Positions 55,881 to 64,000 of a stretch of DNA of 64,000 nucleotides are shown one piece after another. The position numbers and the translations under genes were made by a program. The notes under the pieces were generated by a model that saw nothing but the letters and a program-made list of their open reading frames with translations, was not told the DNA's origin and ran no database searches. The first letter of the stretch is position 1. The number at the start of each line of letters is the position of its first letter. This DNA comes from an uncultured Candidatus Peribacteria bacterium (GTDB lineage: Bacteria; Patescibacteriota; Gracilibacteria; UBA1369; 2-02-FULL-48-14), in NCBI GenBank assembly GCA_964441065.1, contig CAYTWD010000001.1, positions 5,975 through 69,974 of the forward strand, written 5' to 3'.

Positions 55881-56940
55881 AACTTTTTAAAATCCGCTTT
55901 TTATCAAATGATTCAACCCTTTTAAGGCCATCTTTTTTAAGTTCCTCGTAAATTTTTGCAGAACTTAAAATTTCCAAGCATTTTTCAGCACCGATTCCGG
56001 GATTTTCGAAGTCAAAAGTAAATTTTTTCTGTTTTTCCGTAAGTATAGCTTCCGCTCCCAATGTTTTTGTTGAAACAATCGGTAATCCCACCGCCATTGC
56101 CTCAATAATTACTCTTCCGAATTCCTCTTCTCTTGAAGGATTTATAAATAAATCGGCTTTTTTGAAGTAAGATAATATATCTTTATTGGCTACCGCACCG
56201 GGCATTTCAACTTCTAAGTTTCTTTTTTTAAATTCATCCTTCAGGAAAATAAAATCCGGGCCTTCTCCAACTACAATAAATTTAACACCGGCCATATTTT
56301 TTGAAATTTCAGAAAATATTTCAGGCAAAATACGGCTACCTTTTCTCGGTGAAAGCCAATGCAAAAATAAAATCGTTTTCCCGGGTTTTTTCTCTTTTAC
56401 CCTCAATTTTTCCGTATTGACCCAATTAGGTAAAACCTCAATTTTTCTCAATGGAACACTAAATTCTTTAAAATAATATTTCTTCATTTGCTCGGAACAT
56501 GTCACTAAATTTGAACAAAGCTTCAAAACCCATCTAAAAGGCCAGTCTTTTGTAATTTTTGCCGGCAAATTGCACAAATTACATGACTCCTCATATTCTT
56601 TACGCATTTCGCAGTGCCAAAAATAAAGTTTGCCAAAACTGATTCTGCAAATTAAACCCGCGATCATTGCGCTTAAATATGCGTAATGAGAATAAAAATT
56701 TTTATAGCCACAGACTCTTGCAACCCAAAAAATAAAAAATCTTTCCAAAATTCTCATGGGCAAAAAATTGAATTTTGCCACATAAATATTTTGAATATTT
56801 GATTTAAACTTTGCACCTTTTTCAATAAATAAAAATACGCGCATCTCTTTTGCAACTTCTTCCAAAAGTTCAACATTATATCTGAAATGTGTGGACGTAT
56901 CTTCATAATATTCAGGCAAAATGTAAAAAAGTTTTTTCAT
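55864..56940 (-). CDS. glycosyltransferase family 4
   Basis: 358 aa. Contains EEFGRVIIEAMAVGLPIV. Confidence 0.75.
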   Translation of the reverse strand: MKKLFYILPEYYEDTSTHFRYNVELLEEVAKEMRVFLFIEKGAKFKSNIQNIYVAKFNFLPMRILERFFIFWVARVCGYKNFYSHYAYLSAMIAGLICRISFGKLYFWHCEMRKEYEESCNLCNLPAKITKDWPFRWVLKLCSNLVTCSEQMKKYYFKEFSVPLRKIEVLPNWVNTEKLRVKEKKPGKTILFLHWLSPRKGSRILPEIFSEISKNMAGVKFIVVGEGPDFIFLKDEFKKRNLEVEMPGAVANKDILSYFKKADLFINPSREEEFGRVIIEAMAVGLPIVSTKTLGAEAILTEKQKKFTFDFENPGIGAEKCLEILSSAKIYEELKKDGLKRVESFDKKRILKSFTSLF

Positions 56941-58058
56941 AATCCCAAATAAGTTTCGGCATAATTTTTTATCGCCTTTTTATATTCAAACACGCGAACG
57001 GAGTTCGCGCCTTCCTTTCCCATTTCCCGCATTTTTTTAGGATTCTTCAGTACAAATTCCATTTTTTTCGCAATCGACTTTGCATCCCAGCCAATTTCAA
57101 TGGAATTTTTTTTATTCATCACCTCTTTCATTATTCCCACAGGTGTGGATAAAACCGGCGTTTCACAGGCCATCGCTTCAAGAGTAACTCGAGGTCCACC
57201 CTCTGAAAATGAGGGCATAATCAACGCAGCGGACTCGCTATACACTTTTGCCAAATCTTCGTGTTTTGGAAGCCAACCCAAAATTTCCACATTTAAATTT
57301 TTACTAAGCTTTTTGACCTTATTTAACAAGGTACCGTCACCAATCATTTTCAATTTTGCCTTAGGATATTTTTTTGAAACCATCTCAAGGGCGTATAGCA
57401 AAGCAAAGATATTTTTATTAGTTTCAAATCTACCGGAGTAAACAAATTGCCATTCATTTCTTTTAATTTTACGCGGTTTGAAAATTTCAAAATCAACATA
57501 AAAAGCAGGAATGAAAATCATCTTTTTCTCAGGCACACCCAAATCCAAAATAAATTTTTTAGTTTCACCAGGATTTATAACTCTAATTCTATCGAATTTT
57601 TCCCAATTCTTTTTCAAAAATTTAGCCATTGTCATTTTTTCTAAAAACTCTCGTGGCCCGCTTGCTTTTGGATATCCGGGAATATGCATTACCTCAGCAT
57701 AATGAGAAATCTTAAGTTCGCTCGCTATTTTTATCGCCGCTTTTGTTCCCGGGAAAAAAGGTGGAATCACATGTGAAATCACAAAACTTAATTTATTTTT
57801 CTTATTTATTTCAAGCGTTTTTTTTACAGCAAATTTCTCATGTTTTAAAAAATCATTTCTTAAAATTCTGCTCAAATTATTTGGATGTACATGTACATTT
57901 TTATGAATTGTAAAACTTTTACCAACTCCATTTGAACCTGTAATAACATGCACGTTGTCAAAATATTTGGAAAATTCTTTTAGCATTTCAAAAAAAATAT
58001 TATGCTTTCCGTGGGCGATTCCGCTGTCGCCGCTAATCATCAAAATATTTTTTTTCAT
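56937..58058 (-). CDS. glycosyltransferase family 4
   Basis: 373 aa. Contains EGGPRVTLEAMACETPVL. Confidence 0.8.
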   Translation of the reverse strand: MKKNILMISGDSGIAHGKHNIFFEMLKEFSKYFDNVHVITGSNGVGKSFTIHKNVHVHPNNLSRILRNDFLKHEKFAVKKTLEINKKNKLSFVISHVIPPFFPGTKAAIKIASELKISHYAEVMHIPGYPKASGPREFLEKMTMAKFLKKNWEKFDRIRVINPGETKKFILDLGVPEKKMIFIPAFYVDFEIFKPRKIKRNEWQFVYSGRFETNKNIFALLYALEMVSKKYPKAKLKMIGDGTLLNKVKKLSKNLNVEILGWLPKHEDLAKVYSESAALIMPSFSEGGPRVTLEAMACETPVLSTPVGIMKEVMNKKNSIEIGWDAKSIAKKMEFVLKNPKKMREMGKEGANSVRVFEYKKAIKNYAETYLGL

Positions 58059-59257
58059 ATCAATTTTTTGAGCTTCTCAATGTGAGTATTCCATGAAAAC
58101 TCACTCTTGAGTAGCTTGACACCATTGATGCAATGTCTTTCTCTTCTTTTCTTATCCCAAGATAAATTTCTAATTGCCTCCGCTAATCTTTTTGGATTTT
58201 CCGACTCGGCCAAAACCGCGGTTTGATCATCAATTGCAACTTCATTCGTACCCAAAATATTTGAAGCCACGACGGGACATCTCGCCGCAAATGCCTCTAA
58301 AATCACATGTGGTAAACCTTCGTAACTTGAATATAAAATGAACATTTCATGTTTTTCCATCGCACGTGAAAGTTCACTATGTGAAACATTACCAAAAAAT
58401 TTGACACGATCTCCCAGCTCGGCCGCTATACCTATTAATTTTTCTTTTTCCGGCCCGCTCCCGTAAACATCCAAAGTATATTTTTCAGGAAGCAATTTCA
58501 TCGCTTCAATAATTAAATTCACATTTTTATGAGGAACAAGCCTACCTCCACACATTAATTTGTAAGCCCTTTCCCCATGTTTTTTTTCGACATTCCTATA
58601 TTCAAATGCATTATAAACTCTTGTAATTTTAGATTCAGACACATCGTAGTACTTCATTAGTAAATCTTTCAAATATTGTGATGGCACAAGAATTTTATCA
58701 ACATTTTCAAAACTTTTTTTCTGTACCCACTGTAAGATTTTAGATTTCAAATCTTTATTTTCCGTTTTGAGCCATTCATTCAAATCCAAACTGGTTTTTC
58801 TGCTTCTGGAAGCTTCTTCCCAAGCAATATCACCCACAAATTTCAGCATGGATTTAATTCCAAATCTTCTTGCAAAAAAAGATGATACAAAGCCAACTAC
58901 CACTGGTCCTTGAATATAAATAAAATCAGCTCGGCGTGAGTGTTTCCATAAATTTTTTAATAATCTTAACTGTCTGCCCAAAAAACCGTGTTTACGGGGG
59001 TTGATTATGTGAATATCTATATTTTTCATAAGAATGGGCTTTGTTTCACAGAAAGCAATCACGCTAATATCAAAATCGTCTTTTAAACGTTGACCCAGTT
59101 CATACACATAAGAAGCCGGACCTCCAATATCAGGAGGAAAAATCGGGCTCACAATAGTCAATTTAGACAGTTTTTTGTTTTTCCAATTGTTCATTTTCGT
59201 TTCGAATATTTCTTTGACCTCGAAGCTTTCCGCTAAAGTTTTCAAATAAACTTTCAT
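58055..59257 (-). CDS. glycosyltransferase family 4
   Basis: Contains PPDIGGPASY and EGLPHVILEAFAARCPVV. The real start may be the ATG at 59194 (MNNWKNKK...). In either case the gene overlaps the 3' end of the upstream SDR gene. Confidence 0.8.
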   Translation of the reverse strand: MKVYLKTLAESFEVKEIFETKMNNWKNKKLSKLTIVSPIFPPDIGGPASYVYELGQRLKDDFDISVIAFCETKPILMKNIDIHIINPRKHGFLGRQLRLLKNLWKHSRRADFIYIQGPVVVGFVSSFFARRFGIKSMLKFVGDIAWEEASRSRKTSLDLNEWLKTENKDLKSKILQWVQKKSFENVDKILVPSQYLKDLLMKYYDVSESKITRVYNAFEYRNVEKKHGERAYKLMCGGRLVPHKNVNLIIEAMKLLPEKYTLDVYGSGPEKEKLIGIAAELGDRVKFFGNVSHSELSRAMEKHEMFILYSSYEGLPHVILEAFAARCPVVASNILGTNEVAIDDQTAVLAESENPKRLAEAIRNLSWDKKRRERHCINGVKLLKSEFSWNTHIEKLKKLI

Positions 59258-60263
59258 TCGCGGAAATCCATGTAATTAATTTTTTAAGCCCTTCTGCAGG
59301 CGTGAATTCAGGCTTCCATCCAAATTCTGACTCCGCTTTTCGAATATCGGAGATATAAACTTGCTGATCTCCCGGTCTCCAATCGGTAAATTTCCTTTCA
59401 ATTTTTTTGCCAAAATATTTTTCCAAATAATCTAAAAGTTCCAAAAGAGAAAGCGTCTTTTCAGGGCCGCCCCCCACATTGTAGACTTGCCCCGCAGTTT
59501 TATCGATGTTCTGAATAGACAAATCGTAAGCTTTCATCAAATCTTCAATAAAAAGTACATCTCGAACCTGTCTACCATCCCCAAAAATCGTTAATTCTTT
59601 GTCAAACATGGCCGCAATTGCAAACCATGCAACCCAACCTTGATCTTCAACTCCGAATTGTCTGTATCCGTAAATGCAGGACTGTCTCAAAACAATAGTT
59701 CTCAAACCATAAATTCTGAAATAATCACGGAAATATTGATCCGCGCCGCCCTTTGAACAGCCGTAAGGAGAGTGAAAATCAAGCCCGCGTTCTTCTGAAA
59801 CACCCATCGGCAAATTTTCATAGGCGTATCTTCCATCTTTTTCAACAATCTTAGCGTCTTCCATTCCGCCATAAACTTTATTTGTTGAGGAATAAAGTAC
59901 AATCGGCATAGGATCTAATTTTCGACAAGCCTCCAACACATTAAAACTTCCCAAAGCATTTATTTCAAAATCGTTTCGCGGATCTGTTACAGAGGTAGTT
60001 ACCGCAACCTGTCCTGCCAAATGAATTACTATTTCCGCTCCCGAAATCGCTTTTTCCAAAGTCGCAGGGTCTCTAACATCGCCCTCCACAACTTTAATTT
60101 TTGGATATTCATTCAAAAGCCATTCGGAATTTTTTCGCGTTCCCTCCCTCGAAAAATTATCAAAAATCGTAACCTCATCGCCCTTCTTGCTAAAGTATGC
60201 CGCCGCATTAGATCCAATGAAGCCTGCTCCACCCGTAATAAAAACTTTTCTCATAGCCGGCAA
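59163..60263 (-). CDS. NAD-dependent epimerase (CDP-paratose 2-epimerase-like SDR)
   Basis: 366 aa. Contains VFITGGAGFIGSN, DNFSREGTRKNSEWL, YGCSK and GDGRQVRDVLF. Confidence 0.75.
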   Translation of the reverse strand: MPAMRKVFITGGAGFIGSNAAAYFSKKGDEVTIFDNFSREGTRKNSEWLLNEYPKIKVVEGDVRDPATLEKAISGAEIVIHLAGQVAVTTSVTDPRNDFEINALGSFNVLEACRKLDPMPIVLYSSTNKVYGGMEDAKIVEKDGRYAYENLPMGVSEERGLDFHSPYGCSKGGADQYFRDYFRIYGLRTIVLRQSCIYGYRQFGVEDQGWVAWFAIAAMFDKELTIFGDGRQVRDVLFIEDLMKAYDLSIQNIDKTAGQVYNVGGGPEKTLSLLELLDYLEKYFGKKIERKFTDWRPGDQQVYISDIRKAESEFGWKPEFTPAEGLKKLITWISANESLFENFSGKLRGQRNIRNENEQLEKQKTV

Positions 60264-60396
60264 TCTACCAGATCAGGTTGGCTTTGACAAGCCTAAACCT
60301 CAACTGTTGTCACAGTTCTGACAACACTATTTGAATCTGATTATTGATAATTATATTTTGCAAAAAGAATCTAATAATCTATAAATTAATCGGTTA

Positions 60397-60435
60397 TTGC
60401 ATATGTAGCCATAATAATATATAATGTAGCTATAA
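60397..60435 (+). promoter_or_regulatory. consensus-like promoter with two direct operator-like repeats upstream of hicA
   Basis: TTGCAT (60397-60402), a 17-nt spacer, then TATAAT (60420-60425). The repeats are ATGTAGCCATAA (60403-60414) and ATGTAGCTATAA (60424-60435). The ATG at 60437 lies 11 nt after the -10 element. Confidence 0.5.
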
Positions 60436-60436
60436 A

Positions 60437-60682
60437 ATGACTAGTAAAGAGAAGCTTTTAAGTAAATTTTTTAATAATCCAATCTCTCTAAAATACAAAG
60501 AAATTGAATATCTACTGCTTGAAAGCGGATTCCATAAAATAGAAGCAAAAGGAAGTCATATAAAATTTAAACATTATTTGTTGCCAAGAAATCTAATAAT
60601 TCCAATACACGATAATGACTGCAAAAATTTCTACAAAAAATACGCCAGTAAAATCCTTAAATCACTTCGTTACATTGAATAA
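60437..60682 (+). CDS. hicA: HicA-family mRNA interferase toxin
   Basis: 81 aa. Contains GFHKIEAKGSHIKFKH, which matches the YcfA/HicA G-S-H motif. Confidence 0.7.
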   Translation: MTSKEKLLSKFFNNPISLKYKEIEYLLLESGFHKIEAKGSHIKFKHYLLPRNLIIPIHDNDCKNFYKKYASKILKSLRYIE

Positions 60683-60962
60683 CAGGAAATATTTTTATTC
60701 TTTAAGAAAAGTTAATTCAAAAACGACGTACTTTGAATGTGAAGCCGCAAACATTTCTCAACCTTTCCAGAATGAAGATATAGCCGAACTTTTAATTGAT
60801 CTGCCAAATTTAATTTTATCTGAAAAAGAATATCTTGAAAAACAAAATATAGTTATCAGATTTAGAGTAAATGTTAATGATAAAAAACTTATTGAAGAAA
60901 AAGCTTCAAAAAACGGATTTAAAACCATATCGGATTATTTAAGAGAAGTCGCAACCAAATAA
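60615..60962 (+). CDS. putative cognate antitoxin (C-terminal ribbon-helix-helix-like segment); start uncertain
   Basis: The C-terminus VNVNDKKLIEEKASKNGFKTISDYLREVA resembles RHH/CopG antitoxins. The ORF as drawn overlaps hicA by 68 nt and has no internal ATG. Confidence 0.35.
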   Translation: MTAKISTKNTPVKSLNHFVTLNNRKYFYSLRKVNSKTTYFECEAANISQPFQNEDIAELLIDLPNLILSEKEYLEKQNIVIRFRVNVNDKKLIEEKASKNGFKTISDYLREVATK

Positions 60963-62074
60963 GCCTCCTCAACTTTGTTTGCGATATTTCTCCAGTCGTA
61001 ACTTTGTTCAACCAAAATTCTCGCGTTTTTAACTATTGATTTCATCATGCTCTCATTCACAAACGCAAAAATAATTTTTTGAGCCAAAGCATCTGCGTCA
61101 TCAACAGGAGCAAGTAAACCAGTTTCCCCGTCTCTCAAGAAATCTACAATTCCGCCCACAGGGCAGGTAACAACCGGGGTACCCAGTGCCATAGCTTCAA
61201 TAAACGAAACCCCAAAGCCCTCAAATCGTGACGGCCTAACAAACAGATGCGATTTCTTCACGAGTTCCGGAATTTCATCGTGCTTAAGAGTTCCCAAAAA
61301 CTCCACTTTTATTCCAAGCCTTTCAGCTATTTTTTTCAAATCCTCTTGCATAGGTCCTTCACCCGCAATCTTTAATTTTGCCATTGGAAATTCAGCCGTG
61401 ACGGCGGGCATTGCTTCAATTAAAACATCAATCCCGTTTCGTGGAATTAAGGTTGAAGTTGTGCAAATTTCAAACATATTTCTTTCTCCTTCGTAAAGTT
61501 GAAATTTTTCCAAATCGATTCCATTTGGAATTAAAACGCAATTTTTGGCACCCATTTTTTCAGCCGCATTTTTTGAAAAATTACTGACGCAAGCGCAAAC
61601 ATCGGCATTTTTCAGCGCGCTTTTCACCCAAAAACCCAAGAAAAACAAAAATGGTTTTAATAGAGTTCCCAAAAATCCTTTCAAAATCATTTCTTCCTTG
61701 TAAGCCAAGGGATTTTGAACCGTAACATAAAGCGGAATTCCCAATTTTTTCTTTAATTTCGCGCCCGCGATTGCTTGAGGATAAACCTGTTTCGCGTGTA
61801 ATAAATCAAATTTTATTCCACAATTCATAATTTCTTTAATAACAGCTTTTTCAAAAGCCCAAGAATTAAAATTCCCGATTTTTTTATATTGAACCGCGTG
61901 CACAAATACATTCTCAGCAAAAAGTGATTTCGCTGAATCGTCATTTCCAACAAAAAGATGCATCTCATATCCTTTTTTTGCAAGCTCACTCACAATTTCA
62001 ACAATATGCACCTCAGCACCGCCCAAATCATTTGGATTTAGATCCGCGCAAATTACAGCAACTTTGACACTCAT
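60935..62074 (-). CDS. glycosyltransferase family 4
   Basis: 379 aa. Contains DLGGAEVH and EGFGVSFIEAMALGTPVV. Confidence 0.85.
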   Translation of the reverse strand: MSVKVAVICADLNPNDLGGAEVHIVEIVSELAKKGYEMHLFVGNDDSAKSLFAENVFVHAVQYKKIGNFNSWAFEKAVIKEIMNCGIKFDLLHAKQVYPQAIAGAKLKKKLGIPLYVTVQNPLAYKEEMILKGFLGTLLKPFLFFLGFWVKSALKNADVCACVSNFSKNAAEKMGAKNCVLIPNGIDLEKFQLYEGERNMFEICTTSTLIPRNGIDVLIEAMPAVTAEFPMAKLKIAGEGPMQEDLKKIAERLGIKVEFLGTLKHDEIPELVKKSHLFVRPSRFEGFGVSFIEAMALGTPVVTCPVGGIVDFLRDGETGLLAPVDDADALAQKIIFAFVNESMMKSIVKNARILVEQSYDWRNIANKVEEAYLVATSLK

Positions 62075-62910
62075 CTTATATATTTAAATAAAATCCTTGA
62101 CGCCATTGATAGCACGGAAACAGGTAGAAAAGCCATCAATTTTGCCGGTAGACGACTTCTTTTCCCATGGCGAATTTGTCCTTTTTGAACTGTCCACACC
62201 GGTATTTTTTTTGTTCCGAATCTTGATTTGAAAAATGCCAACGAAGAACTTTCTTCACTGTTCCCAAAATCCACTTCCAAGCCATTTTCACACGCAAATT
62301 TTATTACATCCGCGTAAGTTTTCATATTAGCTGATGACAGACGAGCCTCTTTGGACTGTCCGTTACTCCAAATGTGAAGCCTATTACCATTTCGCAGTGC
62401 CACAATCCCGGAAACATCTTTGCCATTCAATTTACTCAAAAATAAAATAAAGTCTTTGCCAAACTCTTTTCTTGCCGCGGAAAAAAGTTCAAAACTTTGT
62501 GGAATAGCCCCAATCCCGCACATACTTCGAACATACATTTTATAATATTCCCAAAGCGACTCTTCATCATTGGCAATTTCAGTCACAACTCCGTTTTTCT
62601 CGGCTTTATAAATCAAATTTCTGCTTTTTTGATGTATGTCCTCTTTCAAAATTCTCTCAAAGCTTTTATCACATTTTAACCTGTAAGTTTCCAATCCGCT
62701 CTCAAAATTCCAATATTTTGGTTTTGAATCGACACGAATAATGGCATTCGCCTTTTCAAAAAAATCCGCATTTGGCATTTCAATATAATCACCCACAAAA
62801 TTCATTTCCATTCCGCCGCGAGTTTCAAAAAGCCAAACCCCGCAAATCTTTTCGGAGCGAATTCCATAAGCGTCTTTCAAAATTTTTGACCACTCATCAC
62901 GATTAAACAT
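62071..62910 (-). CDS. FemAB/GNAT-fold acyl- or aminoacyl-transferase-like protein
   Basis: 279 aa. The segment LSKLNGKDVSGIVALRNGNRLHIWSNGQSKE...FKSRFG resembles the FemAB/BioF2-like acetyltransferase family. Confidence 0.4.
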   Translation of the reverse strand: MFNRDEWSKILKDAYGIRSEKICGVWLFETRGGMEMNFVGDYIEMPNADFFEKANAIIRVDSKPKYWNFESGLETYRLKCDKSFERILKEDIHQKSRNLIYKAEKNGVVTEIANDEESLWEYYKMYVRSMCGIGAIPQSFELFSAARKEFGKDFILFLSKLNGKDVSGIVALRNGNRLHIWSNGQSKEARLSSANMKTYADVIKFACENGLEVDFGNSEESSSLAFFKSRFGTKKIPVWTVQKGQIRHGKRSRLPAKLMAFLPVSVLSMASRILFKYIR

Positions 62911-63943
62911 TTTTAAGTAAGTTACAAATGATTTTCACGTCTTTTCCTGTCATAAATTTGTTGACCGGCAAAATCAAAACTCTTTTTGCGAAACCGCATG
63001 CCGAATTGTACCAGATTCTATCTCCAAATATGCCATAAACTCTTAATTTACCCAAAACCTCATTGCGATTTTTATCTTTTGGAACAAGAATAGGGAAGTT
63101 AAAAAAATCATCAACAGGCTCCTTTAAAACAGCTCTATATTCTTTTGGCAGATTTTCAAAATATGACTTATAAACCGCCTCACAATTATTGAGCATTTTT
63201 AATCTTCTCATTAAAAGTCTTTTTGAACCTTCGCTCGCGGACTTAAAAGCGGAATATTTTTTATCATTTTCTTCGTCATTATCTATAGGGAGTTTTTTTG
63301 TGGAACGATATAAATTTAATACGGGTCTAATCAATCCAATTTTTAGAATTACTGAAACTAAACCTGAAAAAAATGAAGCATGTTTTCCCAATTGAGGAAA
63401 ATGTATAGACTCCGAAATCAAAATTCCACCTTGAGAATTCGCAATTCTTTTCGCGAAATGAAACAACACAAAATCACCAAAAGTTTTTTCAATGCTCAAA
63501 GAATGAGCGCAATCCTCAATCAAAAAAAGTTTCTTTTCTTTGCAAAGCGCAGAAATTTTTTCAACATCTCCCTTATTTCCAAAAGTTCTAACAAAAAATA
63601 CTCCGCCAAAATCTTCCAACAGCATCTTTTTCAGTTCTTCATAGTCTAAGATTCCTTCTGAATTTACTTCACAATAATCAACTTTTATACCGGCTCTTTC
63701 GGCAGCGCGTGTAACTGAACCGCAAATGTATTTTGGGAAAATAACTCGTCGTTTCTCCATTTCCAAATTTTTGAAAAGGAATTCAACAGCGCCTCGCAAA
63801 TGAGCAAAACTTTGTGCATATTTAAACTTCCTCCCACCCATAAGTTTTTCCGCAACTTCAAAATCGGAAAAGTTTTTTGACTTCACCATGAGGCATTGAA
63901 TGTCGCGCCAATCGGAGACGGGCATCACATCAGGAATCGGCAT
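62903..63943 (-). CDS. divergent DegT-family PLP enzyme
   Basis: 346 aa. The segment LIEDCAHSL...FHFAKRIANSQGG retains the Lys, but the GEGG motif is degenerate. Confidence 0.5.
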   Translation of the reverse strand: MPIPDVMPVSDWRDIQCLMVKSKNFSDFEVAEKLMGGRKFKYAQSFAHLRGAVEFLFKNLEMEKRRVIFPKYICGSVTRAAERAGIKVDYCEVNSEGILDYEELKKMLLEDFGGVFFVRTFGNKGDVEKISALCKEKKLFLIEDCAHSLSIEKTFGDFVLFHFAKRIANSQGGILISESIHFPQLGKHASFFSGLVSVILKIGLIRPVLNLYRSTKKLPIDNDEENDKKYSAFKSASEGSKRLLMRRLKMLNNCEAVYKSYFENLPKEYRAVLKEPVDDFFNFPILVPKDKNRNEVLGKLRVYGIFGDRIWYNSACGFAKRVLILPVNKFMTGKDVKIICNLLKNV

Positions 63944-64000
63944 AAATTGTGGTACAAAGCTCGGTTAAAGTCATGAATTCAAGATCCATATGTCCCTTAA
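63930..64000 (-). CDS. 3' end of an unidentified CDS that continues beyond the window
   Basis: A minus-strand frame is open from the window edge (...KGHMDLEFMTLTELCTTIYADS) to TGA at 63930-63932, overlapping the next start by 14 nt. Confidence 0.3.
   Translation of the reverse strand, partial: KGHMDLEFMTLTELCTTIYADS

Noticed and set aside
1-64000. An alternative genetic code with UGA recoding, as in some uncultivated lineages
   Set aside because: - Conserved genes such as nadK, ugd and pseC end at TGA at the expected lengths.
- All conserved proteins are full length without reading through any stop codon.

Overview
The window is low-GC and very tightly packed, with many 1-14 nt gene overlaps and overlapping convergent gene ends. 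It reads with the standard genetic code, and the organism cannot be named from the sequence alone. All product calls come from reading the supplied translations for family motifs; no database search was run.

Layout:
- 1-5.7 kb: central metabolism, namely an NAD kinase 3' end, pyruvate phosphate dikinase, glutamate dehydrogenase and a long class I/II aminotransferase.
- 5.7-9.6 kb: an HTH gene, a membrane protein, tRNA-Lys(UUU), dnaJ and tRNA-Glu(CUC). The intergenic spacers here are unusually long and full of repeats.
- 9.56-13.44 kb: a 1292-aa secreted protein with three N-terminal SLH domains, a candidate S-layer protein. It has a long structured leader and a strong terminator.
- 13.6-64 kb: about 50 kb of almost unbroken glycan biosynthesis genes. 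I count at least 9 GT4, 3 GT2, 1 GT-C, 1 KpsS-like transferase, 7 SDR epimerase/dehydratases, 5 DegT-fold enzymes, 2 formyltransferases, 2 CMP-sugar-type cytidylyltransferases, a Wzx flippase, GtrA, 3 methyltransferases and metK-ahcY.

Sub-pathways I can recognise:
- UDP-GlcA, UDP-Xyl and UDP-GalA supply.
- A complete pseudaminic-acid-like nonulosonic acid set, with extra N-acyl editing enzymes.
- A gmd / ColD-like / reductase trio, which points to a 3,6-dideoxyhexose.
- An Arn-like polyprenyl-phosphate-sugar plus GT-C module.

Items embedded in the island:
- Two toxin-antitoxin pairs, one RelE-like and one HicA, each with operator-like repeats.
- A frameshifted alpha/beta hydrolase.
- An MccF-like LD-carboxypeptidase.
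- A self-contained, apparently leaderless two-gene cassette (GNAT-like plus HExxH protein) of unknown function.

Most interesting observations:
- The S-layer plus glycosylation island as one candidate system.
- The formyltransferase-rich nonulosonic acid cluster.
- An unexplained 12-nt motif family (TTCGNCTATACA) present 11 times around the tRNA and dnaJ spacers.
- The orphan GNAT/HExxH cassette.
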